A stretch of DNA of 64,000 nucleotides, taken from assembly GCA_000092065.1 (NCBI GenBank), contig CP000594.1. One strand, given 5' to 3'. The stretch comes from Ostreococcus lucimarinus. Its lineage: Eukaryota. The notes below the pieces were generated by a model. That model was not told where the DNA came from. It made no database searches and was given only the letters and a program-made list of their open reading frames with translations. Within the stretch, counting starts at the first letter, position 1. Every line of letters starts with the position of its first letter. This document shows, in pieces, positions 31,813-43,048 of this stretch. The translations under genes and the position numbers were made by a program.

Positions 31813-32479
31813 ATGACCAACACGTCGTGCACGATCCGCACGCGCAAGTTCATGACGAACCGCCTGCTGCAGCGCCGTCAATTCGTACGTGTCGCGCGCG
31901 CGAGCGAACGCGAGAACCAGCGACGAGGACGAGGACGGGACGATGGGGCGATCCCGCGGCGGGCGGATGCGTCGCGCGCGACGCGCGCGGCGACGGATGG
32001 ATGAGACGCGCGATGGATGAATACTGACGATGAATACTTTTCACGCGCACAGATTCTCGATGTGCTTCACCCGGGTCGCGCCAACGTCGCCAAGGTGCGT
32101 CCAACATCGTGACGGCTTGGGGTTTTTTGACCCTAAAATGCCCGCGCGAGCGACGCGGCTGACTCGAACGCGACGACTGACGATTGATTGGTGTTTAACG
32201 ATGTAGGCTGAGCTCCAAGAGAAGTTAGCTAAGATGTACAACGTGTCCGATGAGAAGTGCGTGTCCATCTTCGGGTTTCGCACGGCGTTTGGTGGCGGTA
32301 AGTCCACCGGGTTTGGTTTGATCTACGACAACCTCGACGCGTTCAAGAAGTTCGAACCGAAGCACCGCCTCATCCGCGCTGGCTTGAAGGATGCCGTCCA
32401 AAAGTCCCGCAAGAACATCAAGGAGAAGAAGAACCGTGTCAAGAAGCTCCGTGGTGGCGCCAAGAACAAGGTTATGTAA
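31813..32479 (+). CDS. RPS24: 40S ribosomal protein S24 (eS24). Three exons: 31813 to 31884, 32052 to 32093 and 32207 to 32479.
   Basis: [24 protein letters not shown] | [14 protein letters not shown] | [60 protein letters not shown]... Introns have GTACGTGT/GTGCGTCC donors and TACTGACGA/CGACTGACGA branch boxes. Confidence 0.9.
32475..32479 (+). promoter_or_regulatory. Putative TGTAA poly(A) signal overlapping the RPS24 stop codon.
   Basis: gttaTGTAAatc. Confidence 0.35.
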
Positions 32480-32863
32480 ATCTTTTGGCTTGGTTCTCAG
32501 AGTGTATGGGGGATGTGTAGGCGAGCGCGCCTTGAAATTAGTTTGGGCACAGCTGTGTGCGACATTAGAAGACGAAGCTTTTACGTAGCGATTGTACTCG
32601 GCTGTTTCACGGCATCGAGTGATTGTAAAACGAGAGAAAGCTGTTTCGGATAAACTCAGCGCCGCGAATCCCGCAACTCGCGCGAGGCGCTTCGCGTCGC
32701 GTCCGAGCGCTTTGAACATAGCGCAGATGAAGGATTTTCGAAACAAAATCAGTCTAATGATCACCTAGGCCCGTATATAACTATTGGAGGGTTTGTGGCG
32801 CATTTTTTATTAGTGCGCCTCGCCCGAGCGCGTCTCTTGAGTTTCACTTCGCGCGCACGCCAG

Positions 32864-34294
32864 TTAGCTCAAGACGTTCATGCCCATCTCGAACGCTCTT
32901 TCTTTCTCAAACGTCTCAAAGTATTGATAAATGATCGTGACCGCGAGCAAGATACCAGTACCAGAACCAATCGCACCGAAGAAGTCGGCCACGATCGTCA
33001 ACGCGCCGATGCACATACCGCCGAACGCCGCGGCGATGGGGATGTACCTGTTGAGCTCCTTTTCAATCTTGACGTCGCGATGACCTTTGATGATCATTTG
33101 TTGTTGCTTGAGCTGCTTGGCAACATCTCTGGCGGAAGAACCCGCGACTTCGATCCAAGTCTTAGAGAACAACGCGCAAGCGGAGAGCATGAAGGTGACG
33201 TAGAAGATGGCGTGCAGCGGATTTGCCGCGACGTCAGCCAAAGACGTCGGCGGCGAAATGTAATATACCAAACCACCAGTGGGGATGAGCTGACCATTGC
33301 TTTCGCTCTCGTGCCAGCGACCAAAGAGTTGGATGAAAAAGTTACCACCGTATCTCTTGTATAAGAGTTGGGAGATGAAGTACAAGTTTGACACCAAGGC
33401 AGACTGCAAGATGATCGGCATGTTGGACGTGTAAAAGAGCTTGATGGGATAGTTTTGCACGTAGCCGCGGTTTTGCTTGGATTGGATCGGCAAGTCGACG
33501 CGGAATCCTTGGAAATAGATGACGATGAGGAAGATAAGGATTGTCGACAGCAGATTGGTGATGTTTGGCAAGTTGGTGCGGTAGAACGCTTCCTTGAGCG
33601 CGCGAATCTTGTCCGTGCGCGTGAGCATCAAGTGGAAAAACGCGATGATCGCGCCCTCGAATTCGGTGCCTCGGCCGGTGTTCACCGTGGTCGGAGAGAA
33701 CGCCTTCCAGATGATCGATTCGCACTGATTCGTGGCGATGAACAGAGAGATCCCCGACCCTAAACCGTAGCCCTTTTGCAACAATTCGTCCAAGCAAATG
33801 ACGATTATTCCCGCAAAGAAGAGCTGAATGATGATGAGCAACGCGTTGCCCACCCCCAAGTCGCGCACATCACCGTAGATCCCGCTCACGACGTACGCCA
33901 CGGCCTCGCCGATGGTGATCAACACCCCGAGAAGTTTCTGCGCGCCGTTCAACAGCGCTCTATCTTCCTTGACGCTCTCGTCCACCTCGATGATCTTCGA
34001 CCCCGACAAGAGCTGAATCACCAGCCCCGACGTCACGATTGGCGATATCCCGAGCTCCATGCACGTCCCTCGATTGCTCGCCATGATCACCCGCGCCCAG
34101 TAGAACGGATCCGCTCCGCTCGCGGTGTTGATCCCGTACAGCGGCAGCTGCGAGCACACCAAGAACACGAACAACGCCACGCACGTGTAGAGCGTCTTTT
34201 CGCGAAACGGAATCTTGCGATCGGCCGCCTTGACTTCGGGCAGGAAGCCCAAGAAGGGGCGCACGAGGTGCAGCACGCGGAATCCGCTCGACAT
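32864..34294 (-). CDS. SEC61A: Sec61 alpha (SecY) translocon subunit.
   Basis: [55 protein letters not shown]... is near-identical to eukaryotic Sec61 alpha over its full length. Confidence 0.95.
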   Translation of the reverse strand: MSSGFRVLHLVRPFLGFLPEVKAADRKIPFREKTLYTCVALFVFLVCSQLPLYGINTASGADPFYWARVIMASNRGTCMELGISPIVTSGLVIQLLSGSKIIEVDESVKEDRALLNGAQKLLGVLITIGEAVAYVVSGIYGDVRDLGVGNALLIIIQLFFAGIIVICLDELLQKGYGLGSGISLFIATNQCESIIWKAFSPTTVNTGRGTEFEGAIIAFFHLMLTRTDKIRALKEAFYRTNLPNITNLLSTILIFLIVIYFQGFRVDLPIQSKQNRGYVQNYPIKLFYTSNMPIILQSALVSNLYFISQLLYKRYGGNFFIQLFGRWHESESNGQLIPTGGLVYYISPPTSLADVAANPLHAIFYVTFMLSACALFSKTWIEVAGSSARDVAKQLKQQQMIIKGHRDVKIEKELNRYIPIAAAFGGMCIGALTIVADFFGAIGSGTGILLAVTIIYQYFETFEKERAFEMGMNVLS

Positions 34295-34615
34295 CGCGCG
34301 CGTGCGTTATCTCAACACCAGCGCGCGGCACTGCGGGGACGCACACGCACGAAATCGAAATCCACCCCACTCGAAATCGCCGCGCGCGCGCGCCGACGAC
34401 GCGACGCGGGCGCGGTCGATCCCCCGATGCGCGCGCGAGATCCCTCGATGCGCGCATTCGAGCGACGCGAAACGCCATCATTTACGCCTAAACCGATCAT
34501 GGACAAAAAAATGACGGAAAAATCGTAAACCCCGACAACGCGCGCGGGCGCGCGGGCGTTCGCGCGTTCGGCGCGCGCGGCGTCGCGGCACTGGCGGGCG
34601 TCGTCGTCGCGCGCG

Positions 34616-35512
34616 ATGGATGCGGAGGCGCGAGAGGTGTACGAAGAGATACGCGCGCTGGAGCGGGAGGCGTTGGAGAGGGTGAACGAAGCCCTCGATG
34701 ACGGGCGCGAAGACGCGGAAGCGTCGCGCGAAGACGCGCTGACGAGGGCCAAAGCGTGCGCGCTTCGAGTGCGAGCGCTGATTGAGGAATTGCGGGAAAT
34801 CGGTGACGACGCGGAGAGCGTGGACGCGCGACGAGCGATCGCGAGCGCGGTGAGCGAGCGGGAGTTGGCGTTAGAGAACACGCGGGCGATCATGAGACAC
34901 GCGGTGATCGAGGCGGCGTCGAAAGGGCGAGCGAGAGAAGCTCGAGAACGCGAGGCGCTGCTGACGGGACAGAGCGGGACGAGTCGACACGACGCGACGA
35001 AGGCCAGCGGCGCGGTGTCGATCGCGAGCGAAGCCACGGAGGGATTACGAAGGGCTCGACAAATGATGGCGACGGAGTTGGAGAAGGGCGAGAAGACGTT
35101 GGCGGCGATTACGGAATCGACTGCGACGATGGAGCGAACCGGAACAGAGTACTCAAACCAAACCACAAAGCTTAAATCAGGTCGCCGTTTGCTGACGACG
35201 ATCGAGAGGCAAACATTCATGGATAGAATCATCCTTTGGTTCGGGTTCACGGTCTTTTTGTTGGTCGTTATACACATTTTGTGGAAGCGAACGCCCGTGC
35301 TCGCGAGGTTTCATCCGCTGTACTACAAGTGGTCTTCAAAGACCGCGGCTGTGGCACCGGTCCTCGGTGATTCTTCCAAAGAATCGGCGCATTCGTTCGA
35401 AATTACTCAGCATCCGTCCGATGGTGCGGTGAGCGGGGAATCTGGTGTCGGTGAGGAAGACGACCCTTACAAGATCGGCGTCGAGACGCGTCGCGGCGAC
35501 GGCGAACTTTAG
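34616..35512 (+). CDS. Sec20/BNIP1-type ER SNARE (tail-anchored).
   Basis: Sec20 domain: LRRARQMMATELEKGEKTLAAITESTATMERTGTEYSNQTTKLKSGRRLLTTIERQTFMDRIILWFGFTVFLLVVIHI, plus a C-terminal TM. Confidence 0.7.
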   Translation: MDAEAREVYEEIRALEREALERVNEALDDGREDAEASREDALTRAKACALRVRALIEELREIGDDAESVDARRAIASAVSERELALENTRAIMRHAVIEAASKGRAREAREREALLTGQSGTSRHDATKASGAVSIASEATEGLRRARQMMATELEKGEKTLAAITESTATMERTGTEYSNQTTKLKSGRRLLTTIERQTFMDRIILWFGFTVFLLVVIHILWKRTPVLARFHPLYYKWSSKTAAVAPVLGDSSKESAHSFEITQHPSDGAVSGESGVGEEDDPYKIGVETRRGDGEL

Positions 35513-35571
35513 ACATTTAGCGTCGTTTTAGTCGTGTAAATTACATATTAGCGTAAAGAATCGCGCGCCGT

Positions 35572-36348
35572 TCATTGCGGCGGCGGAACACCTCGGCGCT
35601 TGCGCGGTCGATTCGCTTCGAGAACGCGCTGCTCAGCGGCGCGTTCCTCCTCGGGCGTCAACTTTTCCTTCGTCGCCCACGGGTGGTTTGCAGGAATCTC
35701 CGCCTCGGAGAGGGACTTTTCAAAGTTATCGTTCCCGGCCGCGGAGGCTCGACGACGCTCGCGCGCCGCCAATATTTGTTCCTCCGTCAGTTCGGGCATC
35801 TCCACCGTTCGCACGGATTTCATCATGCCCTTGAAGAACTTTTCCTCGTCCACCTCTCGGTTTTCGTCCAACATCCCGCGCTCCTCCAAATCTCCGAGCG
35901 ATCCTTTGCTACCACTACGTCGCCCGAATAAGAGTTTTTTCAAAATCAACAGCGCCAACGCTCCTCCGGCGTACACCACCGGTCGAGGCGCTTGCTCCAA
36001 CGCGCGCGGTATCCCCTCCGGCACGTCCACGGCCACCGAACCAATCTTCAGCGTCCTCGTCCCCTCCGTCGGCGGTTTCAAGTGCTTCGAGCTCTTCTTC
36101 CCCGACGTCTTCGCGTTCTTCCCATCGCTCTTCCCTCGCTTGACGTTCTTTTTATTCTTTTTATCGTTCGCGTTCACCGCCGCGCTTTTCCGCGCGCGCG
36201 TCACGATCGCTTCACCGCGACCGTGGGTTCGGCGCCCGCGCGCGCGTTTTGAAGTCGAGCTCGAGCTCGAGCTCGACGACGGCCGCGCCGCGTTCGGCGC
36301 GCGCGCCGAGCCCACCATCGCGACGCTCGCGCGCATTACCATCATCAT
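35572..36348 (-). CDS. Hypothetical lysine-rich protein with one predicted TM, possibly organelle-targeted.
   Basis: Likely ATG at MMMVMRASVAMVG (about 36348); TM VVYAGGALALLILKKLLF. No family recognised, and the track ORF upstream is low-complexity. Confidence 0.4.
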   Translation of the reverse strand: MMMVMRASVAMVGSARAPNAARPSSSSSSSSTSKRARGRRTHGRGEAIVTRARKSAAVNANDKKNKKNVKRGKSDGKNAKTSGKKSSKHLKPPTEGTRTLKIGSVAVDVPEGIPRALEQAPRPVVYAGGALALLILKKLLFGRRSGSKGSLGDLEERGMLDENREVDEEKFFKGMMKSVRTVEMPELTEEQILAARERRRASAAGNDNFEKSLSEAEIPANHPWATKEKLTPEEERAAEQRVLEANRPRKRRGVPPPQ

Positions 36349-36825
36349 CACGCGACGTCGCGACCGTCGCGCGCCCGTCCGATCGCGTCGCGATGCGCCG
36401 TCGACGCGCGCGTCGCGATCGAGCGCCTTCGCGCCGTCGCGCCTTCGCGCGTCCGAATGTCCGAGCTGTCGCGCCGCGTTTGAACGCGTCGCGTGCGGGC
36501 GTCGGTTTCGCGATCGCGACGCGATATTTGAGATTTGAGATTCGAAACGCGTACACCGGCGGTTCGGAGCGCCATGTGGCACGATTCGAGTCGCCGACGT
36601 CGCGCGCGCGCCGTCCGCCGTCCGTCCGCGCGTCCGCGCGTCCGTCCGTCGTCGCGCGCGCGCGCGACGGTGCGAACGACGCGCGGGCGACGGTGCGCGC
36701 ACAGCGCGACGCGACGCGCGCGCGCACGGCGACGGCGAGGAAGACGCGAACGCGAACGCTCGAGACGCCCCGCGCGCGCGGAGGCGAGGCGACGGCGAGG
36801 AAGACGCGGACGCGACGCGAACGCG

Positions 36826-39006
36826 ATGGCGACGACGGCGACGGGCGACGACGGGCGATGGGAAATTGGCGGGAACTTTGACCGCGACGACGGCGCGGGA
36901 CGGGCGCGAAGCGCGATCGAATCGAACCGCTCGAGCGCGCAAACGCGCGATGGATCGCTCGCGCGCAAGCGCGCGACGGAAAGCTCGCCGACGAACGTCC
37001 TGAGCGCGGGCTCGTGCGCGAGCTCCGAGACGAGCGAAGATGGCGATCGGGACGGGCTCGATCGGGGAGGCGAGGAGACTCGGAAGTTTGGCGCGCGTAA
37101 CGTGGCGGTGACGACGGAGTCGTTCGAGTCGAAGGGCGACAAACGCGAGGCGAGGTCACGGGATGGGAGATTGATGCGCCCGATAGCGCCGAGCGCGGAG
37201 AACGACGGGTTGCAAAAGCGCGTGAGCGAGCTGCGAACCGCCTTGAGAACGGCGGAACAAGTGCTAGATAGAACGCAAAATCGATTAGAACTCGCGGAGG
37301 GGGCGAAACGAGCGGCGGAAGCTGAATCGGCCACTTTACGCGCGCGCGTTTGGTCGCTCGAAGGCGCTGAAACGCTGGCGAAGGGCGCCGAGAGCGGTGG
37401 TTCTCTCGACTCTTTGCGAGGACGGCTGCTGAAGGAAGCGACGGTTGAACTCTCGTACGCCGTAAAGATGACTTCTGCGGCCGATCGTAAGGTTCAGATC
37501 CTTCGCCAGGACTGCAAAAAATTACAAGACACTGTCGCCGCGCTTTCCGCGGCTTCTGCGGCTGAACACGCTACGCTATCGATGGAACTGGAGCAAGCGC
37601 GAATGCGCATTCGCTCGGACGCTCGCGAAATCGCCTCGCTCACGGATAGAATGAGACACGCCGAAGCGAACTCCGATCGATTGTGCGGGGCGGATGAATC
37701 AGCAAATAAAGCCATATGTCAGTATCAGGCGGCCGAGAAGGAGGCCCAGCAAGCGAAAGAATCTTTGGCGGAGACGATGCGCCACAACGAATTTCTGCAA
37801 GGACGCGTGAACGAGCTCGAAGAGATGGTCAAGTCTGACGGCACTGCACACTACGATCAAGAATTACGTCGCGTGCGAGAGCATTTGGGTAATGAAATCG
37901 CGCGACTGAACGCAGATTTGAAGCAGGAACGCTCTGGTCGAAAGGCGTTGGAGGTTGAATTGCGCGGCGCGATACAAACCGACACTCCAAAGCGCATCGG
38001 TTCGACAGAGGACGCCGAGCTTGACGCGGAAAGATCGAAGAACGCGGCATTGGTGATAGAAATCGGAGAGTTGAAAGCGCGACTTGAACAAACTCACAGT
38101 CACAGTGGGTCTCCGCGTAAAGATGACTGGTCCAATGCCCTGGGCCTTGGCGGTGACGAGGAGGACGACGACGGGTCCGTCGAAGCGCTGAGTCCTTCAG
38201 GGACGCCGTCTCGAGTACGCGACGCCTTGTTGGCCGCTGCTCGTCTCGAGGTCCAGAAGCTTGGTGAAATGAATCGTAAGCTCGTGCAAGCGAAGCTCGC
38301 GGCGGAAAATGAAAGCATTTCCAAGGCAGAATACGAAGCGGCGCTCACGCGACACAACGAAGCGTGGGCCTCCAAGGTCGCAGAAATCGAATTGGAAGTC
38401 ACGAAAACCAAAGAACAGCTGGCGACGATGCAAATTCAAAACGAAATACTCTCCAGAGAGGTCGAAACGAGCCGACTGGAGTTGGATGAGACGAAAATCG
38501 CCAATCGCGAGCTCGAGTCGTCCCTTGTGTCTCGAACCTCGAACCAACAACAAACGACGGATGAAGGAAGCTGGTTGAAGTTACTCCCGAGAAGGCACTC
38601 CAGCCCAGGCGTTTGTACTCAGCAAGATAATAATTTAGTGTGCTTGGGATCATGGGCGAGTTTAGCGGGCATGGACAACAGCAGTGATGATGATCTGTGC
38701 CGCTTGGAGGAGAATGACGTCGCCGAAGAAGCGACGCAAGAGTCCATTGAACAACCTTCTCGCAAGCAATTGCTGGAGGAGAAATCTCGAAACATCCGTG
38801 AAAGGTTAGCTTCGAGACGGATTAAGCCACCTCTAAGCCCGTTGAAGTTATCGGAACAAGCCATGGAACGATCTATTCGTGAAGGTAGACTGGCCATGGA
38901 AGCCATGAAGGCGTCGAGATCGTCTTTACTTCGCGCTTCGACGTCGTCTCTCAGGAAAGTGCTCTCTAATACGAGTACGATAGATAGACGCGATGGCGAA
39001 TGTTAA
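36826..39006 (+). CDS. Large coiled-coil protein (cytoskeletal/centrosomal-like); start uncertain.
   Basis: About 600 aa of continuous heptad-repeat sequence (LQKRVSELRTALRTAEQVLDRTQNRLELAEGAKRAAEAE...). The first plausible ATG, MATTATG, is near 36826; the track ORF from 36535 is Arg-rich low-complexity. Confidence 0.55.
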   Translation: MATTATGDDGRWEIGGNFDRDDGAGRARSAIESNRSSAQTRDGSLARKRATESSPTNVLSAGSCASSETSEDGDRDGLDRGGEETRKFGARNVAVTTESFESKGDKREARSRDGRLMRPIAPSAENDGLQKRVSELRTALRTAEQVLDRTQNRLELAEGAKRAAEAESATLRARVWSLEGAETLAKGAESGGSLDSLRGRLLKEATVELSYAVKMTSAADRKVQILRQDCKKLQDTVAALSAASAAEHATLSMELEQARMRIRSDAREIASLTDRMRHAEANSDRLCGADESANKAICQYQAAEKEAQQAKESLAETMRHNEFLQGRVNELEEMVKSDGTAHYDQELRRVREHLGNEIARLNADLKQERSGRKALEVELRGAIQTDTPKRIGSTEDAELDAERSKNAALVIEIGELKARLEQTHSHSGSPRKDDWSNALGLGGDEEDDDGSVEALSPSGTPSRVRDALLAAARLEVQKLGEMNRKLVQAKLAAENESISKAEYEAALTRHNEAWASKVAEIELEVTKTKEQLATMQIQNEILSREVETSRLELDETKIANRELESSLVSRTSNQQQTTDEGSWLKLLPRRHSSPGVCTQQDNNLVCLGSWASLAGMDNSSDDDLCRLEENDVAEEATQESIEQPSRKQLLEEKSRNIRERLASRRIKPPLSPLKLSEQAMERSIREGRLAMEAMKASRSSLLRASTSSLRKVLSNTSTIDRRDGEC

Positions 39007-39013
39007 AACTTGA

Positions 39014-39018
39014 TGTAA
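39014..39018 (+). promoter_or_regulatory. Putative TGTAA poly(A) signal for the coiled-coil gene.
   Basis: gatgtaag lies 8 nt after stop 39006, within a 46-bp convergent gap. Confidence 0.4.
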
Positions 39019-39052
39019 GATATATATACAACATGCCTACATGCTATCACTT

Positions 39053-40645
39053 CTAATATTCCACTCCTCGTTCTTGTGGCGTGAGCAACGTTCCGGCTCG
39101 CATACCGTACGTATCAACAATTTGTTCCTCGCGAGTTCTGAATTCCCACAAGTCTTCCAACTTTGGCCCAAGATCTTTGATGTCGAGCCATTTTTGATCC
39201 AACTTCATCGGTGCTCGCTGTGTCTTCAGTACCACCTTTTCAGGAATCTTGAGAACATTGGGGTACACTCGCTCGTCGCGCGGGATTGTTCGACTAACTT
39301 TCGCCGCCGCCTTGGCGTGAATGTGTGCTTCCGTCAGACGTCTGATTTCGTCCGGATCAGTTACGCCTAAAGTTGCCATATGATCGATCAATTCTGCTTC
39401 GACGTCGAAATCGTCCTCGACCGCCGTGTTTACCGGTTCCCAAACCGCTTCCTCTTGTCCGTCGTTGATGTTCACTTGCGGCACGCTCGATGGGACGTCA
39501 TCAGGCGTCGCTACCTTCGCTCGCGATGGCGTGGCGGCTCTGTCTTTCCTCAGAGCAGAGATCTGAAGCGCTCCTTCGAATATTTGAGGAGGAGTTTGCG
39601 GCGTGCACACCAAGAGTCGGTCGTTCGAAGATACCAAATAATCGCACGTCAGGCAGGCCGAGACGAGCTCGTGCGACGCCACTGTGGACCAATCCTTCGT
39701 GTCGAAAAGTTGCACCGTTCCCTTTCCGATAGTTTCCCCTATCTCTTGCGTACCTAAAGCGAGGATGGCTTCGTCAGCACGGAACGACAGGCAAGTGATA
39801 GCTAATCCTTCGTTATGATCCAACACCTTTTCCAAACGAGCGCTCGCTGCTTCGGTGTTCACACGCCAAACGTGCAAGCATCCATCAGAAGACCCAGCGG
39901 CTACAGTGATATCAGGATCTTTCTGCGTTACTGCTAACGACACGACGTACTTCAGCTGTTCAGATGCGAGTCTGTGCATCATTCGCAACCGAGGCCCGTC
40001 TGCTGCGACACTCCAAATTCTCACCACACCGTCTCTTCCGGCAGAGACGAGCGTACGATTCCCCGAAAGCGCAACGCATCGCACTAAGCCATCGTGCGCA
40101 GTTGTCATACTTGCCACTCGTCGCCCGTCGTCCAAAGCCCAGACCGCTAAGCTTCCATCTTCAGTTCCAGTTGCTGTAATGCTTCCATCCACGCTCACTG
40201 CTAAGCTCGTCACGGGCGCGCTGTGCTTCCCAAGAAGATACACCAAACTAGGCTCGGACTCGCTCTGGGGCAGCGACGTGAAGAGCAAATTTTGTGACTC
40301 CGCCTGGACGACAAGTATGGCCCCCGGTTGGCCTGGGATGAAAGCGAATTGCCACCACGGGCGTCCAGTCGGCGTCGCCACGCCGTCCTTGGCTGTTTGA
40401 AATTGGAACCGCCTGACTTTGCTATCGCCTTGCGTCACCCTGATCGTGCGCAACACCCCCATGTGTTCGATGACGGCGACTAAAGTGCAATCGTTCGGGT
40501 CACCGTGTCCACCGTCGTACAGTTTCCCATCTCTCACCTCCTTCGACGCGTCCTCGAGCACCGGTGCGCCTCGCAGCCCAGCGGCATGTCTCGGCGATGC
40601 GTCGTCCGCGTCGAGCGGTAGCGCGACGAGCTTGAGCCTAGACAT
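39053..40645 (-). CDS. WD40-repeat protein.
   Basis: Repeated ...GS.DG.L.VW.../...SAGRDGVVRIWSV... WD motifs; no specific orthologue recognised. Confidence 0.65.
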   Translation of the reverse strand: MSRLKLVALPLDADDASPRHAAGLRGAPVLEDASKEVRDGKLYDGGHGDPNDCTLVAVIEHMGVLRTIRVTQGDSKVRRFQFQTAKDGVATPTGRPWWQFAFIPGQPGAILVVQAESQNLLFTSLPQSESEPSLVYLLGKHSAPVTSLAVSVDGSITATGTEDGSLAVWALDDGRRVASMTTAHDGLVRCVALSGNRTLVSAGRDGVVRIWSVAADGPRLRMMHRLASEQLKYVVSLAVTQKDPDITVAAGSSDGCLHVWRVNTEAASARLEKVLDHNEGLAITCLSFRADEAILALGTQEIGETIGKGTVQLFDTKDWSTVASHELVSACLTCDYLVSSNDRLLVCTPQTPPQIFEGALQISALRKDRAATPSRAKVATPDDVPSSVPQVNINDGQEEAVWEPVNTAVEDDFDVEAELIDHMATLGVTDPDEIRRLTEAHIHAKAAAKVSRTIPRDERVYPNVLKIPEKVVLKTQRAPMKLDQKWLDIKDLGPKLEDLWEFRTREEQIVDTYGMRAGTLLTPQERGVEY

Positions 40646-40801
40646 CGTCTACCGCGCGCGAAGACGTTTGCGAGCGCGTTTTCGACCACGTTCGAGTTCG
40701 AGCGCGCCGCCGAGTGCGGTGCTCGTCGCCCGAGCGTCGTCGAGGCCCTTCGATTCAAAACGCCCACACTCTCGCGCGCTCGTTTCGATAACTACCAAAC
40801 C

Positions 40802-42346
40802 ATGGCGACGTTCGCTCGGGCGCTCGGATGCGAGCCGACGGCGATTCGGGAGCGCAACGAAATGAATACGCGACGTCCATCGCGTTCATCCGTCTCGCAT
40901 CGCGGGCGACGCGTCATCGCCGCGGCGCAGGCCCCGGACGGAACTGAGCTCGCGCGCGTGCTCGAGGTGCGTGCGCTCGACGAGTTCGTCGCGCTCGACT
41001 GACGCTCGCGAATTTTCTAGGTGGCCGTGGGCGCGGCGAAGGAGGGTGGAATCATCATGGCTCGAAAAGTCGGCGCAGATGTGATTAAAACCAAAGTGAA
41101 CGCGCGTGACTTGCTCACAGAGGTGGACGGAGAGGTGCAGCGCATCATAGAGACGCGCGTGGCTGAGGCTTTCCCAGAACACGGATTTTTGGTGAGTACT
41201 GCGCGAGCGAAGGCAACGGTATGAAACTCACGATGGACGTAGGGTGAAGAAAGCGTCGCGGCGGGCAAAGACGCGAGCGCGGACGCGCTGAGAGACGTCC
41301 TGCGACAAGGTAAGCTGTGCGCGACTCAGGGATTCGTGGGAATAATTTAATTAATTTTTTATATATAATAAACGAGTGTCGACGAGCGAGTGCGCACGCG
41401 ACTGACGATTCATCGCATTTACAGGACCGAACTGGCTTTGGATTGTCGATCCCATCGACGGCACGACGAACTTCGTGCACGGCATGCCATTATCCGCGAT
41501 TTCTATTGGCGTGGCGTACAAAGGGTGAGTATTAAATGATTTCCCGTCGGTTGTTTCACGCGCAAACGTCGCTCGCACGTGGCCTTTCGAGGCGCTGGTT
41601 TCACACGCGTACTGACAATAATTCATAAAACAGGGAATTACAAGCGGCTGTGATTTTAGATCCGTTCCGAGACGAATGCTTCACCGCTACGCTCGGTGGT
41701 GGCGCTAAATTAAATGGTTCGCCCATGAAGGTGGGAGAGGAGAGTACTGCGTTGGAAGCAGTCGTCGTCACTGGATACGCACCCACGGATGCATCGACAG
41801 ATGTCATGCTCAAAGGGATGACAGGTAAACACGCGCTCGCGCGTCGTTAACGTCGAAAATTGATTTCGTGACAAAATATTCTGACCAATTAATTATTTCG
41901 CTCGCAGCGCTGGCGAATTTACCCGTTCGTACGATCCGCATGTTAGGAAGTGCAGCCATCATGCTTGCGTGGGTGGCTTGTGGAAGGGTAACGGCGTACT
42001 TCGAGGCTGATTTGAATAGCTGGGACACCGCAGGTGGAGCTTTGTTGGTGGGTATTTCTATTAATTTAATTCACCAGAATTTAATTAGTTCTCGATGCAG
42101 ATCAGAGAAGCGGGCGGGCAAATGACGAACTTGGTCGGCGAGGAGTACGGTACGTCAGATAAAAAATCGAGCGATCGAAATACGACGGTATTGCGAACTT
42201 ACGCGCGGTCCACGCGATCGAAGATAACTGGACTGATTAAATAAATTCTTGTGCGCACAGACTTGACCACGCGCCCCATTTTAGCGAGCAACAGGGCGAC
42301 GCACGCAGAGCTCTTAGCTTGCCTGATGGTTTCTCTACGCCATTGA
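40802..42346 (+). CDS. Inositol monophosphatase (IMPase family) with 8 exons (approximately 40802 to 40966, 41021 to 41191, 41243 to 41309, 41425 to 41524, 41634 to 41824, 41908 to 42047, 42101 to 42149 and 42261 to 42346).
   Basis: The spliced product carries the IMPase motifs ...[24 protein letters not shown]|GEESVAAG...|[33 protein letters not shown]|...LGGGAKLNG...|...[34 protein letters not shown]|[10 protein letters not shown]...|[11 protein letters not shown]. All seven introns are short (51 to 115 nt) and AT-rich, with GT(R)AGT/GTACGT donors and CTGAC branch boxes. Confidence 0.85.
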
Positions 42347-42400
42347 ATAATTCACTACACTTTCTACAATCTATATCGCGTTCTATGCATTCGCGCACCG

Positions 42401-42814
42401 TTACTCACGCGCAGGCGCTTTCTTCTTTGTCCGTATGCCGAACGCCTCGAGGTCTTGCGTTGGTTTGTTCGCTCGACCTTTTAGCTGCGGAGGTAGGAGC
42501 GTGTTGATCTTGCCTAAAGACTTCGAATACTTCTGTTGCGCCGGTCGTGGATTCAGTGCGGGCGTCGGCGCGGTGCGTTTCGTTCCAATCGTCGTCGGCG
42601 CTCCAGCCGCCGCCCGTGTTGAGCTCAATTCCCGCTCAACCGTCTCGGCCTCGTTTGAAAACATCGCCGCCGCGGACGGTAGCCCCCCGGTCGGCTTCAC
42701 GCTCTTCACTGCCAGCACCGCGCTCTGGTCTTCCTCGGCGACGCCCTTCCCGACGCCCTCCGCGACGTCGGTGTCGGCGTCGTCGTCCGACGACGAGTAG
42801 TCCAGTCCGAGCAT
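42401..42814 (-). CDS. Hypothetical small acidic/basic protein.
   Basis: 137-aa ORF in a genic gap between convergent neighbours; no family recognised. Confidence 0.35.
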   Translation of the reverse strand: MLGLDYSSSDDDADTDVAEGVGKGVAEEDQSAVLAVKSVKPTGGLPSAAAMFSNEAETVERELSSTRAAAGAPTTIGTKRTAPTPALNPRPAQQKYSKSLGKINTLLPPQLKGRANKPTQDLEAFGIRTKKKAPARE

Positions 42815-43048
42815 GTTCGCGCGCCGCGGACGCTACGCGAAGACTCCGCGGCCGTGGCGTTTGTCTGCGCGAGCAGATGAGCGCGCTGCCCCTGGTCGTT
42901 GCCCAGACTCACGCCGAGCGCGCCTCGAGCGCGCGTCGATGTGCGCACACGCGCCTGACTGACGACGACGACGTCGACGTTCCTCGACACACCGACGCGT
43001 GCGCGAGCTCAAGCGCGCGACCGAACCGGACCAAAACCCCGACGCAGG

